Translations under genes and position numbers: made by a program
Shown: piece after piece, positions 34,243-48,425 of the stretch
Numbering within the stretch: the stretch's first letter is position 1
Layout: each line of letters starts with the position of its first letter
NCBI GenBank assembly: GCA_038087875.1
Contig: CM075992.1
Location: forward strand, 8,620,001-8,684,000
From: Malacoraja senta
Taxonomy: Eukaryota
Length of the DNA stretch: 64,000 bases
Direction of reading: 5' to 3'
Notes under the pieces: model-generated
Database searches by the model: none
Told to the model about the DNA's origin: nothing
The model's input: the letters and a program-made list of their open reading frames with translations, nothing else

Positions 34243-37130
34243 CAGGGCTGCCAACATTGGGTGAGAGTTGAGAATGTGAAATTGCGAGGGAGCGTAGCGA
34301 CCGTGGGGGGGGAGGGGGTGTTCCCCCTCCTATGGTAGGGAGCTTTTGCATTTTTCAGCTTGAAATTGTGCAATCTGGTGCATACTGTAGCGAGTCTTTT
34401 AACTTGCATTTGAGTGCAACATTTATGCTTTAAATTGGATTAGGTATGAATAAGGTTAGGCTAAATTACATTCCTAATTACATTCCACAATAGAGCCAGG
34501 CTCTGATCAACAGGTGCAGCTCATGAATGACTGTATTCATATATGGAAATCAGATTATATTCATGCTGTTATGTATATATATAGAGAAAAACTCAGAGAA
34601 ACAAAGCAAAAGTCGGACTTCCATCACTGTTCTGCACAAATAAATCAATCAATCTTGTTCAAGAAGGAACTACAGATGCTGGAGAATCGAAGGTAGACAG
34701 AATTGCTGGAGAAACTCAGCGGCTGCGGCAGCATCTATGGAGCGAAGGAAATAGGCAATGTTTCGGGCCGAAACCCTTCTTCAGACGGTTTCAACCTTAC
34801 CCTTTGAATATAGAAACAAGACGAAAATAATGCCACATATTCAATCATATATGGTTCAATGAAATTAAGATATAAATGTAAAAATATATATGGAAACAGG
34901 CCCTTCCGCCCACAAAGTCCACACCGACCAGCAATCTATCATACACCAATTCCATCCATCACACCAGGAACAATTTACAGAAGCCAATTAACCTACAAAC
35001 CTGCACTTCTTTCGGATATGGGAGAAACTGGAATATCCAGAGAAAACCCATGTGGTAATAAGGCAGCAACTCTACCACTGCGCCACCGTGCCACCACATT
35101 AAATTATTGTTTCTGTAATATATTTATTATGGTGTCACGTGAATAAAGATGAGCACATGATTATGATTTCTGCCCTTAGTTGGATAAGACACATGTCCAG
35201 TCATTGTGTTTTATGGCTGGTTTTCAACCTCTTCAGGCTGAAGGTCTCGACTCGAAACATCACCCATTCTTTCTCTCCAGAGATGCTGCCTGTCCTGCTG
35301 AGTTTTTCTAGTTTTTAGTGTCTATCTTCAGTTTAAACCAGCATCTGCAATTCCTTCCTACACTATTTGTAAAGCAAAACAGGTCCTATTCTCATTATAT
35401 AATTTTGTGATCAGCTTGAGAGCATGAGAGTTTTGTGAAATGCGCGAGTCTCACGTTCAACGTGTGAGAGTTGGCAGCCCTGCTAATAATGCAAACATTT
35501 TATGCAAGTTCCAATTGTTTGGACAAAAATCACTTATTACTGCTTTATAACAGTTAAGTTACATTAAGACCATTTCAGAAATTATGGCAGTTAACAAAAA
35601 AATCAACTAACAAATTAAAGCAAACTAAAAGAAAATAACATGTTCCCTTTCCTGACTCTACCTCATAAGTACTTTAACGCTGTTAGCAGAGCAAAGGGAT
35701 ATTAATCTCAAGAATCAAAATGGGGAAAGTGAGGGCAATTTTGCTTAAATCGTCATTCTAAGCCCATTCAGATCTGCATAGAGTCAGAGTTATACAACAT
35801 GTACATGGCTGGCCCAATTTGTCCATAATGATCAAGTTGGCATTCTGCGTGCCCAGGGACTGGCTGCCGTTCCCAGATCAGCTCGCGTCCCAGGGACTGG
35901 CTGCAGTTCTCAGGTTGGCTCGCCTGCCCCGACCCCGTGAAAACGAATTGAAAAAACCCCACGGTTTTTCGGGTTACGGGCCGGATTCGGCCCGTGTGCC
36001 ATAGGTTGCCGAACCCTGTCCTAGATGTTTGGCCTCATTGTGGCCCCCCCCCCCATGTTTTACAACCAATTCACCTGGTTAGTTCTATCTCCGGCTGCTT
36101 CATGTTGTCGGCGGCTGCACATCCAACCAAGAAAGAAGAGAAGAGAAGAGACGCGACGTCACTCACAGCCGCCAACTGACGCGCTTCCCCAGACTGCACA
36201 GATCGCTGTGATGTGGCGCAAAAGAGACAAACTGTGCAGGAACTGAAGACAGCGTGAGAATTCTGTCATCAGCGTGAGCATTGGCTGAAATGCGTGACTC
36301 TCACGCTCAGAGCGTGAGAGTTGGCAGCCCTGTCTAAGGCCAGGATGTGACAACAGACAAACAGGGAGACACATATACAAAGGAAGACACACACACACAC
36401 ACACACAGGGAGACAGACACACACACACAGGGAGACACACAGACACGCACACACACACACGGAGACAAACAATAAACACGGGGAGACACACACAGGGAGA
36501 CACAGACGCACACACACACAGGGAGACACATACAAACACACACACACACCTTTTCTTCCTCCTCCCTTCATCCACCCCTTCCTCCCTCCTGCCCCCATCC
36601 TTCCCTCTTTCCTCCCCCTCCCTCTTTCTCCTTTCCTTCCTTCATCCCCTTTCTACATTCCCTTCCCTTGTCTCGCTTTGCCTCCACACCTCCCTCTTTT
36701 TCTTTCCCTCTCTCTCTCTCTCTCTTTCCCCCCTCCCTCTCTCTCCCTGGCCGCCCAATGGGGAGTCTGGCGGGCACGGTGCAGCGTGGATTGGCGGCGC
36801 TGGCGTTGCCGTGTGAGTTGAAGGGCAGGAGGGAGGGAGGGAGCGAGGCTGCAGTGGCGGCCGGCAACGCAGCGCTCACAGCCGGCACAGAGAGCTGCTG
36901 ACATCCGCCCGGCGGCTGCACATCCAACCAAGAGAGAAGAGACGCGACGTCACTCGCAACCGGCAACCGACGCGCTTCGCCAGACCGTGCAGATCCCTGG
37001 CACACGGCGCAAAGGGACAAACTGTGCAGGGACTGAACTCTGCGTGAGAACTCGGGCATGAGCGTGAGGGCGTGACAATTTGCTCCAAGGCGTGGTTTTC
37101 ACGCTGAAAGCGTGAGAGTTGGCAGCCCTG
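34243..37130. mobile_element. Non-autonomous DNA transposon (13-bp TIR CAGGGCTGCCAAC), inserted in CR1
   Basis: Left TIR at 34243; right TIR GTTGGCAGCCCTG ending 37130; CATTCT duplicated on both sides; CR1 resumes at 37131. Two extra internal right ends finish at 35482 and 36332. Confidence 0.8.
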
Positions 37131-38235
37131 CATTCTTGTAAACCTCCTCTGGACCCGCTCCAGAGCCAGCACATCCTTCCTCCGATATCGGATATGGTGC
37201 CCAAAATTGTTCACAATATTTCAAATGCGGTCTTACCAGCACCTTATAGAGCCTCAGCATTACATCCCTGTTTTTGTATACAAGCCCTCTTGAAATAAAT
37301 GCTAGCATTGTGTTTGCTTTCTTTACTACTGATTCGACTTGCAGATTAACTTTTGGGGAATCCTGCACCAGCATTCCCAAGTCTCTTTGCACCTCCGATT
37401 TCTGGATTCTCACCCCATTTAGAAAATAGTCTACGCCTTTATTCCTACGACCAAAATGCATGACTCCACACTTTGCTACACTATATTCTAACTGCCACTT
37501 CTCAGCCCACTCTCCCAACCTGTCACAAATCCTTCAATCTCCTTGTCCAAATCATTAATATACAAGAGACCTGCGTTTGATCCCGATTACAGGTGCTGTC
37601 TGTATGGAGTTTGTACGTTCTCCCCGTGACCTGTGTGGGTTTTCTCCGAGATCTTCGGTTTCCTCCCACACTCCAAAGCCATACAGGCTTGTAGGTTAAT
37701 TGGCTTGGTGTAAATGTTAAAATTGTCCCTAGCGTGTGTTAATGTGCGGGGATCGCTGGTCGGCGCGGACTCGGTGGGCCGAAGGGCCTGTTTCCGCGCT
37801 GTATCTCCAAACTAAACATCCTTCCTGTAATGGGGTGACCACATCTGCACACAAGATTGATGCTGTTGTTAGTCCTTTCGTACAGAGCTGCAGTTTATCA
37901 CTGTCGTCAGTAACACTACAGACCATTCTGCTGCTACATTTATACTGGCCCGTAGATATTAATTACTGAAACTTAATATCTACGGTATTAAGATATTACC
38001 GTATCTTCACCCAAAGTATCAGTGGGGGGTTATGGATTCTGGATGATGGCTCTTGCTGATGTAATATTGAGCAACAAACATCACTGTAGAAACGAGGAAC
38101 TGCGGATGCTGGTTTACAAAAGAAGCCACAAAGGACTGGCGCAGTGGTCGTGGCTGTGTGAGTGAGGCTGTGAACATCACTCACTCAGTACCACTCCTGC
38201 ATCTGGAGTGAAGCCACTGTCAGTTTAGTTTAGTT

Positions 38236-39693
38236 TAGTGACGTGCGATGAGGTCAATGGCTGGGGAGACACTGGCTAGTATTAGTGGCCCGGCCCTTCC
38301 TGTATTGATCACTGCGTCTCCCTGAGGAGAGGGAGGGGTGGAGCCGTGGCTGGGAGGGAGGGATAGAGAAGAGAAGGGAGGGAGAGAGAGAGAGAAGGAG
38401 GGAGAGAGAGAGAGAGAGAGAGAGAGGGGAGGGGGAGAGAGAGAGAAGGGAGGGAGAGAGAGAGAAGGGAGGGGAGAGAGAGAGAAGGGAGAGAGAGAAG
38501 GGAGAGAGAGAGAGGAGGGGAGAGAGAGAGAGAAGGGAGAGAGAGAGAGAAAGGAGAGAATGGGGAGAGAGAGAGAAGGAGAGAATGGGGGAGAGAGAAG
38601 GGAGAGAGAGCGAATATGGAGAGAGAGGAGAGAGAGTGAGAATGGGGAGAGAGAGAGAGAATGGGGATAGAGAGAGAAGGGAGAGAGGAACGATGGCACG
38701 TTATAACCCGCAGCCGTTCCATTCTGATCGCCGCCGAATCCACACCGCACCATTGCACCCTTCTTCACGGTGACCCAGTGATGTCTCGACTCTGACAATT
38801 CGAGGGATCTAACCGGTAACAACATTAAGAGCAGCCCCGGGTCGCCGCGCTCCCCGACTCGAATCTGAGGTTGAAAAATCAGGTGGTGGGCCTGATGTGT
38901 CCCGCGGGCCGTATTTTGGAGACTCCTGCCTTACATGAACTAAACAAAAATGTACAGAAGTACAAAAATTGATGACATTTATTATTGTGATAAGTATAGA
39001 TCTATTTTTTTTTTAATCTAATAACTTTCTAATGTACCGACAAAGTCTACCTTCCCAAGTGGCGTATCTTGTTCCGCTCCATGATCTTTGGTCTGCGCCG
39101 CCGCTGCTGAAACGTGGAGGGAGAGTGAGATAGCATCAATTGTGTGGGCTGAGCCGACGTAATTGACGCTCGCTCTCCCTCCACTAGGCTCAAGACACGC
39201 CCCCTTGTGAGGCAGACGTGATCGCTGCCTCCCCTGGAGCTTTTTCAATGCAGTTTTATGATGAGACCAGGGAGCACAAATTTAATATCTTTATATGTGA
39301 AGTACATTACCTGGACGATGGAAGGTAAGGACATGTAATGAAGGGGTTTACAAACATTACATTGGTGGCATACATAGAGATGGTAACAGGCACAGGCTTA
39401 TTGCCCGCGCTCCATTCAGTTTCTAAGGGGTTGCGCAATCAGAGGGGAGGCTCAGCTCGTCGCTGCCTCACCTCTCATCTCACCCTGTATTTGCAGCGGA
39501 GTTGCGAAAATTTTGCGATTTTTATTATAAAAAATGATTCGATTCATATAGAAATGACATTTATAACACAGATCAGTGGAAAAATCTTTATATTTATTTT
39601 ATTTTGTTATTATTTTTCTTTACTTTTCTTAACAGCTATTTTCATTGGGAGTATGACAGGTGAGGCTCTGCCTCCCCTGACCGCACGTCCCTG
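38236..39693. mobile_element. hAT-like non-autonomous transposon containing a (GA)-rich microsatellite
   Basis: Ends TAGTGACGTGCGAT / ACCGCACGTCCCTG; 8-bp TSD GTTTAGTT/GTTTTGTT; absent from the paralogous site at about 46545. Confidence 0.8.
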
Positions 39694-40189
39694 GTTTTGT
39701 TTAGTTTCATTTAGAGATACCGCGTGGAAACAGGCCCTTCAGCGCACCAAGTCCGCGCCGACCAGCGATCCCCGCACACTAACACTATCCTAGCGACAAT
39801 TTACATCTATACCAAGACAATTAACCTACAAACCTGCACGTCTTTGGAGTGTGGGAGGAAACCGGAGCACCCGGAGAAAACCCACGCAGGTCACGGCGAG
39901 AACGTACAAACTCCACACAGACAGCACCTGTAGTCAGGATTGAACCCGGTCCCTGGCGCTGTCAGGCAGCAACTCTACTGCTGCACCACCGCAGAAATGG
40001 CGTTGCCTGAGACCCGAGTGGCCAGGAGAAGGGGAACTCTCTCTCTCTGTCTCTATGTTTAGTACGGGTGTCAGGGGTTATGGGGAGAAGGCAGGAGAAT
40101 GGGGTTAGGAGGGAGAGATAGATCAGCCATGATTAAATGGCGGAGTTGATTTGATGGGCTGAATGGCCTATTTCTGCTCCAATAAGTAA

Positions 40190-41991
40190 AAGGTCTGTCT
40201 CACTGTGCGAGTTGACCCACGAGTGACCCCGAGTGAAAGACTCGTGGTTGCGTACGATACTACAAGATTATGATCCAGAGTTTAACCGAGTTCCCACGGG
40301 TATGTCTAAGTTTCCCGTTTACTTCTCATTTCTGCGATGTTCCAAGTTCGTCTCCCGAGTGTACCAAGTTCCTCTCCCGTTAATCTTGAGGCAACAATGT
40401 ATATCGAAGTGTTGAAAAATCATCACATGTTAAAAAAATGATGTCATGCCAGCCAAAGAACGTAGAGACTATTGTGTTTGCTGCATGTGTTCTGCACAAC
40501 CTGATCCGTATCAGAGGTGCAGCTTCAGGATCAGCAACAGCCATGCAGGACGGTGACTTAGTGGACAGTCAAACAGGGAGAATAACACTAGGTGCGTGGA
40601 GGAGTGGTACAAACGACGAGACTTTGGTGCCACTGCAGTGTTTTCGAGGTAACACGGGGACCAACAGTGCAAAAGAGCAGAGAGACCATCTCTGCTCCTA
40701 CTATAATTCAGAATTGGGCAGTGTGCCGTGGCAGGACAGCTTATTTTGAGCGGCTGCCGACCACAGGTACATCACTGCATGAGGAGAGCCCACATGCAGA
40801 AAAATCCAGTTAATTTCATGTTTAGTTTAAATCCTGCTGACTTTTCTTTGTTTAACTTTAAGTGTGGATTTTATTTTTATTGTGGTGTAAAAGTAATTTC
40901 ATTGCATCTGTCTTTCCTTTAAAACGTGGTTATCATGCATCTGCTTATCTGATTGTAGATCTCAAAACTTGTCATTTAGCGCATTGCATTGTATCTTTTA
41001 TTGCCTGAATTTAGTGAATTTCTCAGCTGAATTAGTATATAGTGAAAATACTTGTATTTGTGCTTCATTTGTTGATTTTCATGTATGAGAAGCCCTTTTC
41101 AGACAGTGGTGTTTGCTGTAGTGCTACTTTTCTCAATATGCGCAAAAAAGCGTTTTTTATATTGAACAAGAATAAAGACTTTGTTTCACATTCAAGACAT
41201 TTGTTTCACATAAGACTTTGTCTTATTTTCTGATCTACTGAGAGGTGACAATTTAAAACATTTAAAAAGCACAGCATATGAGGCAGCTGAGTCCTTAAAT
41301 CTCACAAATGATTGTGAGAATCAAGATCTGAATATATTTTGCCTTCCTCTATTTTGTGTTTTATGATGAAAGGAATATTACATTCAAGTCATGAGACTTT
41401 GTAGTGATATTAAAATGAAGACTTCCAGACATCAATTTGATCTTGATAGCAAATAACTCTCTTTTATTGTGCAATAAAGTAAACAAACAGTGAGAATCAA
41501 ACGGATCAGCAAAAAGCTTTTCAACACAACACAACACAAATTTATATATAAACTTCAAGCAATTTTTTCTTTTCAACCCACTCTGTCACCTTATCAATAA
41601 CTTGCTTAACTTTGTTAAGCAGAATTTGTCTTTAAAAAGTCTAAATAACTGATATTTCTGTCCCTGATTATTGTTTCTAAAAAGAGTTCCCACGGTAGAA
41701 TCACGAGTCCCAAAGTTAAACGCACGGGCCACTACGTTCTTACAACGAGTTTAAATGTTTCAATTTTTAACCACAAGAGTACATTTTACTCGTGGAAAAG
41801 TTCAAACATGTTTGAACTTTTGCAAGAGTTAACAAGTTTCACGTGTATCTCCCGTTAGCGCTAAGAGTCGCTAAGTTGCGTCCACGAGTTCAGACGTTCC
41901 CGCTACGTTAATTGTACGTGATTACCACGAGTTAAATTTGTTTTAAACTCGGGGTCACTCGTGGGTCAACTCGCACAGTGAGACAGCCCTT
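40190..41991 (+). mobile_element. PIF/Harbinger transposon, internally deleted
   Basis: About 45-bp TIRs with 1 mismatch and TAA TSD; ORF 40438-40749 is a Harbinger transposase C-terminus (ACVLHN...AKEQRD.LC.YY...GSVPWQ). Confidence 0.92.
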
Positions 41992-44828
41992 TAAGTAAGT
42001 AAGTTTATTGGCCAAATATTCACAGACAAGGAATTTGCCTTGGTGCTCCGTGACTGTGGTGTTGTTGATGATGAGTGGGGTGTGGGGAGGGGGAGCTCTC
42101 CTAAAGTCTACAATCAATTCCACTGTCTTAAGAGCATTGAGCTCTAGGTTGTTGCTACGGCACCAGGACACCAGCTGTTACACTTCCTGTCTGCAGGCAG
42201 ATTCCTCCCCATCCTGGATCAGTCCAATCAGGGTTGTGTCATCTGCAAACCTGAGAAGCTTGACAGAGGTGTCTGTGGAGGTGCAGTCGTTGGTGTAGAG
42301 AGAGGAGAGGAGATGTAGGTCCCTTGCAGTCAGAAACAGGTGAATTGATCATGGGGAACAAGGATATGGCGGACCAATTGAATAACTACTTTGGTTCCGT
42401 CTTCAGTAAGGAAGACATAAATAATCTGCCGGAAATATCAGGGGGCCACGGGTCAAAGGAGATGGAGGAACTGAGTGAAATCCAGGTTAGTCGGGAAGTG
42501 GTGTTGGGTAAATTGAATGGATTAAAGGCCGATAAATCACCAGGGCCAGATAGGCTGCATCCCAGAGTACTTAAGGAAGTAGCTCCAGAAATAGTGGATG
42601 CATTAGTGATAATTTTTCAAAACTCTTTAGATTCTGGAGTAGTTCCTGAGGATTGGAGGGTAGCAAACGTAACCCCACTTTTTAAGAAGGGAGGGAGAGA
42701 GAAAACGGGGAATTACAGACCAGTTAGTCTAACATCGGTAGTGGGGAAACTGCTAGAGTCAGTTATTAAAGATGGGATAGCAGCACATTTGGAAAGTGGT
42801 GAAATCATTGGACAAAGTCAGCATGGATTTACGAAAGGTAAATCGTGTCTGACGAATCTTATAGAATTTTTCAAGGATGTAACTAGTAGAGTGGATAGGG
42901 GAGAACCAGTGGATGTGTTGTATCTGGACTTTCAGAAGGCTTTCGACAAGGTGCCACATAAGAGATTAGGATACAAACTTAAATCACACGGTATTGGGGG
43001 TTCAGTATTGATGTGGATAGAGAACTGGCTGGCAAACAGGAAGCAAAGAGTAGGAGTAAACGGGTCCTTTTCACAATGGCAGGCAGTGACTAGTGGGGTA
43101 CCGCAAGGCTCAGTGCTGGGACCCCAGCCATTTACAATTTATATTAATGATCTGGACGAGGGAATTGAAAGCAACATCTCCAAGTTTGCGGATGACACTA
43201 AGCTGGGGGGCAGTGTTAGCTGTGAGGAGGATGCTAGGAGACTGCAAGGTGACTTGGATATGCTGGGTGAGTGGGCAAATGTTTGGCAGATGCAGTATAA
43301 TGTGGATAAAAGTGAGGTTATCCACTTTGGTGGCAAAAACGGGAAGGCAGACTATTATCTAAATGGTGGCCGATTAGGAAATGGGGAGATGCAGCGAGAC
43401 CTGGGTGTCATGGTACACCAGTCATTGAAAGTAGGCATGCATGTGCAGCAGGCAGTGAAGAAAGCGAATGGTATGTTGGCCTTCATAGCAAGAGGATTTG
43501 AGTATAGGAGCAGGGAGGTTCTACTGCAGTTGTACAGGGTCTTGGTGAGACCACACCTGGAGTATTGCGTACAGTTTTGGTCTCCAAATCTGAGGAAGGA
43601 CATTATAGCCATAGAGGGAGTGCAGAGAAGGTTCACCAGACTGATTCCTGGGATGTCAGGACTTTCATATAAAGAAAGACTGGATAGACTTGGCTTATAC
43701 TCGCTAGAATTTAGGAGATTGAGAGGGGATCTTATAGAAACGTACAAAATTCTTATGGGGTTGGACAGGCTAGATGCAGGAAGATTGTTCCCGATGTTGG
43801 GGAAGTCCAGGACAAGGGGTCACAGCTTAAGGATAAGGGGGAAATCCTTTAAGACCGAGATGAGGAAAAACTTTTTCACACAGAGAGTGGTGAATCTCTG
43901 GAACTCTCTGCCACAGAGGGTAGTTGAGGCCAGTTCATTGGCTATGTTTAAGAGGGAGTTAGATGTGGCCCTTGTGGCTAAGGGGATCAGGGGGTATGGA
44001 GAGAAGGCAGGTACGGGATACTGAGTTGGATGATCAGCCATGATCATATTGAATGGCGGTGCAGGCTCGAAGGGCCGAATGGCCTACTCCTGCACCTATT
44101 TTCTATGTATCTATTTATGAGAGAGTACACAGCCTTGCGGTGCTCCTATGCTGAGCGTTTGCGGGTCCGAGATGTGCTTTCCCAGCCTCACATGCTGCTT
44201 CCTGTCTGTCAGGAAGTTGGTGATCCACCGACAGAGGGGTTCAGGCACAGTCAACTCGGAAAGTTTGGAGTGTAGTAGCTCTGGCACAATGGTGTTGAAT
44301 GCAGAGCTAAAATCAACAAACAGGATCTTCGCCTAGGTCCCCTGGCGGTCCAGGTGCTGTAGGATTAAGTGCAGGCCCAGGTTGACTGCATCATCCACAG
44401 ATCTTTTAGCCCAATATGCAAACTGCAGAGGGTTCAGCAGGGAGTTTGTGATATTTTTCAGCTTGGCCAGCACAAGCCATTCGAGTGTCTTCATGACTAC
44501 AGAGCCCTTCCAAACTGAAGAAGAATCACTAGCTGAGAACTTGCTCCTCACTTCTCAGAGTACCTTTCCTTGGCAGCTCTGATTCCTCTTCTCAGCTTGT
44601 ACTTGGCCTGCCTGTAGAGGTCTGCATCCCCGCTCCTGTAGGCCTCCTCTTTAGACTGTCGGAGCTGTCTGAGTTCTGCTGTGAACCAGGGCTTATTGTT
44701 GTTGAACCATGTCCGGGTCTTAGTTGGAATGCAACTGTCCTCGCAAAAGCTGACATATGATGAAACAGTGACCATATACTCATCGAGGCTTGTGGTTGCT
44801 TCCCTGAACACATTCCAATCCGTGCAGT
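41992..44828 (-). mobile_element. Rex1/Babar-type LINE, deleted, split by CR1; tail hit by Harbinger
   Basis: PWFTAELRQL, PLQFAY..RSVDDAV.L.LH.ILQHLD and WCRSNNLELNALKT.ELIVDFRR motifs; (TAAG)n tail at 41992 with a remnant at 40184. Confidence 0.85.
42324..44024 (+). mobile_element. CR1 LINE, 5'-truncated, intact 566-aa RT frame
   Basis: KSPGPD, NYRPVSLTS, QHGF, YLDFQKAFD, GVPQGSVLGP, KFADD; 3' UTR to about 44117. Confidence 0.97.
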
Positions 44829-46360
44829 CAATCACTTATGAACAGGACAAGTTTAGACGTCCAGGGTTGTGAAGCTTGTGGGAGTTCTCTAAAGTCCACA
44901 CTGGGCTGTGGACTGGGGGATACCAGCTGTGGTACAATGGGGACATGGATCTTCAGGTGTTGGTGATGTTGACTCCACTCATGAACCCGCAGAGAACCAG
45001 GCGGGAAGTCTACCCCTTCACAAGTCTCCCCCCGCGGTGACCCTGAGATCATCACTGATCGCCACCTACATGAGATCACACCAGGGGCAAGGACCAGACC
45101 CATGGCACCAGTGCTGAGCACTCTCTCTCTCTCTCTGTCTCTCTCTTCTCTCTCCCTCTCTCTCTCTCTCCCCCCTCTCTCTCTCCCTCTCTCTCTCTCC
45201 CTCTCTCACACACAGCTGGTGTGGACGTCGAGAAGCACCAGGCTATGTGGCCTCTCAGCGTTTCAGGCGCAATTTCCCCCCAACACCAAGAATAGCCTCA
45301 ACACTGGTACTGACCGCAGACTCCCCGGGAAATAGCAAATGACCTCAGTCATCGTTTGCAGAGAGCTGACAGTGGGACGATGTTCAGTTCCACTTCCCGA
45401 AAGCCGGTGACTTTGTGTCATAAACACACGGACAAACAGAGTCAAAAATAGAACCTAGAACGCAACACATGTGTCTGTACGGTGGCGCAGCGGTAGAGTT
45501 GCTGCCTCACAGCGCCAGACACCCGGGTTCCATCCTGACTACGGGTCCTGTCTGTACAGAGTTTGTACTTTCTCCACGTGACCTGCATAGGTTTTCTCCG
45601 AGATCTTCGGTCTCCTCCCACACTCCAAATATATGTAGGTTTGTAGGTTAATTGGCTTCTATAAATAGTTATAGTTACAGCAGGCCCATAGGAAGCTTTT
45701 CAAAAAGAGGGGTGGTATTACAGGATTACAAACATTTTAATGTGAAATAATGTGCGTGCTGCACACATCACGAGCGCGAAGCGTGAAGTCCCTTGATGTC
45801 GGGGTCCAGGGCCTTGGAAGCTCAGGGGTTTTAGATGCTCTCTGATGCATTCTGATGCCTTATTTTGGAGCATTTTTGCACCAAATTTATGACCAATATT
45901 TCAGAAATTAACAGGAATCTGAGAGGTAGCTTTTTCACACAAAGGGTGGTGGGTGTATGGAACAAGCTGCCAGAGGAGGTAGTTAAGGCTGGGACTATCC
46001 TAATGTTTAAGAGACATTTGGACACGTACATGGATAGGGCAGGTTTAGATGGATATGGGCCAAACGCGTGTGAGTGGGACTAGTGTAGATGGGACATGTT
46101 GGTCGGTGTGGGCAAGTTGGGCTGAAGGGCCTGTTTCCACACTGCATCATACTATGATTAAAAAGTTAAGAAGAAAAATGCATGTAGATAAGTAGAGCAG
46201 ATTTGAAAGAGGAATGAAATGTAAAGGCAGAGAGAGGTTTATGGGTGGAAAGGAACATAGGAAAGGAAGGGGGAGAGTGGGCTTGGGCAGATGTGTGAAG
46301 GGAAAATAGACACAAAGTGCTGGAGTAACAGCGGGTCAGGCAACATCTTTGGATAACATG

Positions 46361-48225
46361 GATGGCTCTTGCTGATGGAATTTTAATATTGAGCAACAAA
46401 CATCACTGTAGAAATGAGGAACTGCAGATGCTGGTTTACAAAAGAAGCCACAAAGGACTGGCTCAGTGGTTGTGGCTGTGTGACTGAGGCTGTGAACATC
46501 ACTCACTCAGTACCAGTCCTGCATCCGGAGTGAAGCCACTTCCAGTTTAGTTTAGTTTAGTTTAGTTTAGAGATACCGCGCGGAAACAGGCCCTTTGGCC
46601 CACCGAGTCCGCGCCGACCAGCGATCCCTGCACACTAACACTATCCTAGGGACAATTTACATCTATACCAAGACAATTAACCGACAAACCTGCACGTCTT
46701 TGGAGTGTGGGAGGAGATCGGAGCACCCGGAGAAAACCCAGGCAGGTCACGGGGAAAACGTACAAACTCCACACAGACAGCACCCTTAGTCAGGATTGAA
46801 CCCGGTCCCTGGTGCTGTCAGGCAGCAACTTTACCGCTGCGCCACCACAGAAATGGCATTGCCTAGTGGCCAGGACAAGGGGAACTCTCTCTCTCTCTGT
46901 CTCTATGTTTTGTACGGGTGTCAGGGGTTATGGGGTGAAGGCATGAGAATGGGGTTAGGAGAGATAGATCAGCCATGATTAAATGGCGGAGTAGACTTGA
47001 TGGGCTGAATGGCCTAATTCTGCTCCAATCACTTATGAACAGGACAAGTTTAGACGTCCAGGGTTGTGAAGCTTGTGGGAGTTCTCTAAAGTCCACACTG
47101 GGCTGTGGACTGGGGGATACCAGCTGTGGTACAACGGGGACATGGATCTTCCAACACCAAGAATAGCCTCAACACTGGTGCTGACCGCAGACTCACCGGG
47201 AAATAGCAAACGACCTCAGTCATCGTTTGCGGAGAGCTGACAGTGGGACGATGTTCAGTTCCACTTCCCAAAAGCTGGCGACTTTGTGTCATAAACACAC
47301 GGACAAACAGAGTCAAAAATAGAACCTAGAACGCAACACATGTGTCTGCACGGTGGCGCAGCGGTAGAGTTGCTGCCTCACAGCGCCAGAGACCCGGGTT
47401 CCATCCTGACTATGGGTCCTGTCTGTACAGAATTTGTACGTTTTCCCCGTGACCTGCATAGGTTTTCTCCGAGACCTACGGTCTCCCACACTACAAATAT
47501 ATGTAGGTTTGTATGTTAATTGGCTTCTATAAGTAGTTATAGCTACAGCTGGCCCGTAGGAAGCTTTTCAAAAAGGGGGGTGGCATGACAGGATTACAAA
47601 CATTTTAGTGTGAAATTATGTGCGTGCTGCACACATCACGAGCGCGAAGCGTGAAGTCCCTTGATGCCGGGGTCCAGGGCCCTGGAAGCTCAGGGGTTTT
47701 AGATGCTCTCTGATGCATTCTGAGCCTTATTTTGGAGCATTTTTGCACCAAATTTATGACCAATATTTCAGAAATTAACAGGAATCTGAGAGGTAGCTTT
47801 TTCACACAAAGGGTGGTGGGTGTATGGAACAAGCTGCCAGAGGAGGTAGTTAAGGCTGGGACTATCCTAATGTTTAAGAGACATTTGGACAGGTACATGG
47901 ATAGGACAGGTTTAGATGGATATGGGCCAAACGCGTGTGAGTGGGACTAGTGTAGATGGGACATGTTGGTCGGTGTGGGCAAGTTGGGCTGAAGGGCCTG
48001 TTTCCACACTGCATCATTCTATGACTAAAAAGTTAAGAAGAAGAATGCATGTAGATAAGTAGAGCAGATTTGAAAGAGGAGTGAAATGTAAAGGCAGAGA
48101 GAGGTTTATGGGTGGAAAGGAACGTAGGAAAGGAGGGGGGAGAGTGGGCTTGGGCAGATGGGTGAAGGGAAAATAGACACAAAGTGCTGGAGTAACTCAG
48201 TGGGTCAGGCAGCATCTGTGGAGAA
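46361..48225 (+). repeat. Second copy of local tandem duplication (first copy 38044-46360, expanded by TE insertions)
   Basis: Collinear near-identity of 38044-38235, 39694-40183 and 44829-46345 with 46361-48225. Confidence 0.9.
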
Positions 48226-48425
48226 TATGAATAGGTAACGTTTCACAGAGTGCTGGAGTAACTCAGTGGGTCAGGCAGCATCTGTGGAGAATATGAATAG
48301 GTGACGTTTCACAGAGTGCTGGAGTAACTGAGTGGGTCAGGCAGCATCTCTGGGGAACATGGATTGGTGACATGTCACAGAGTGCTGGAGTAACTCAGTG
48401 AGTCAGGCAGCATCTCTGGAGAAAA
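48178..48425. repeat. About 66-bp tandem repeat (about 4 units) of a Penelope-like end
   Basis: CACAGAGTGCTGGAGTAACTCAGTGGGTCAGGCAGCATC repeated. Confidence 0.85.

Noticed and set aside
39318..39324. ATGGAAG|gtaagg as first exon of gene 2
   Set aside because: It lies inside the hAT-like transposon and across an assembly gap from gene 2.
40438..40749. Domesticated HARBI1-like host gene
   Set aside because: Only a C-terminal fragment, lying between TIRs of a deleted Harbinger element.
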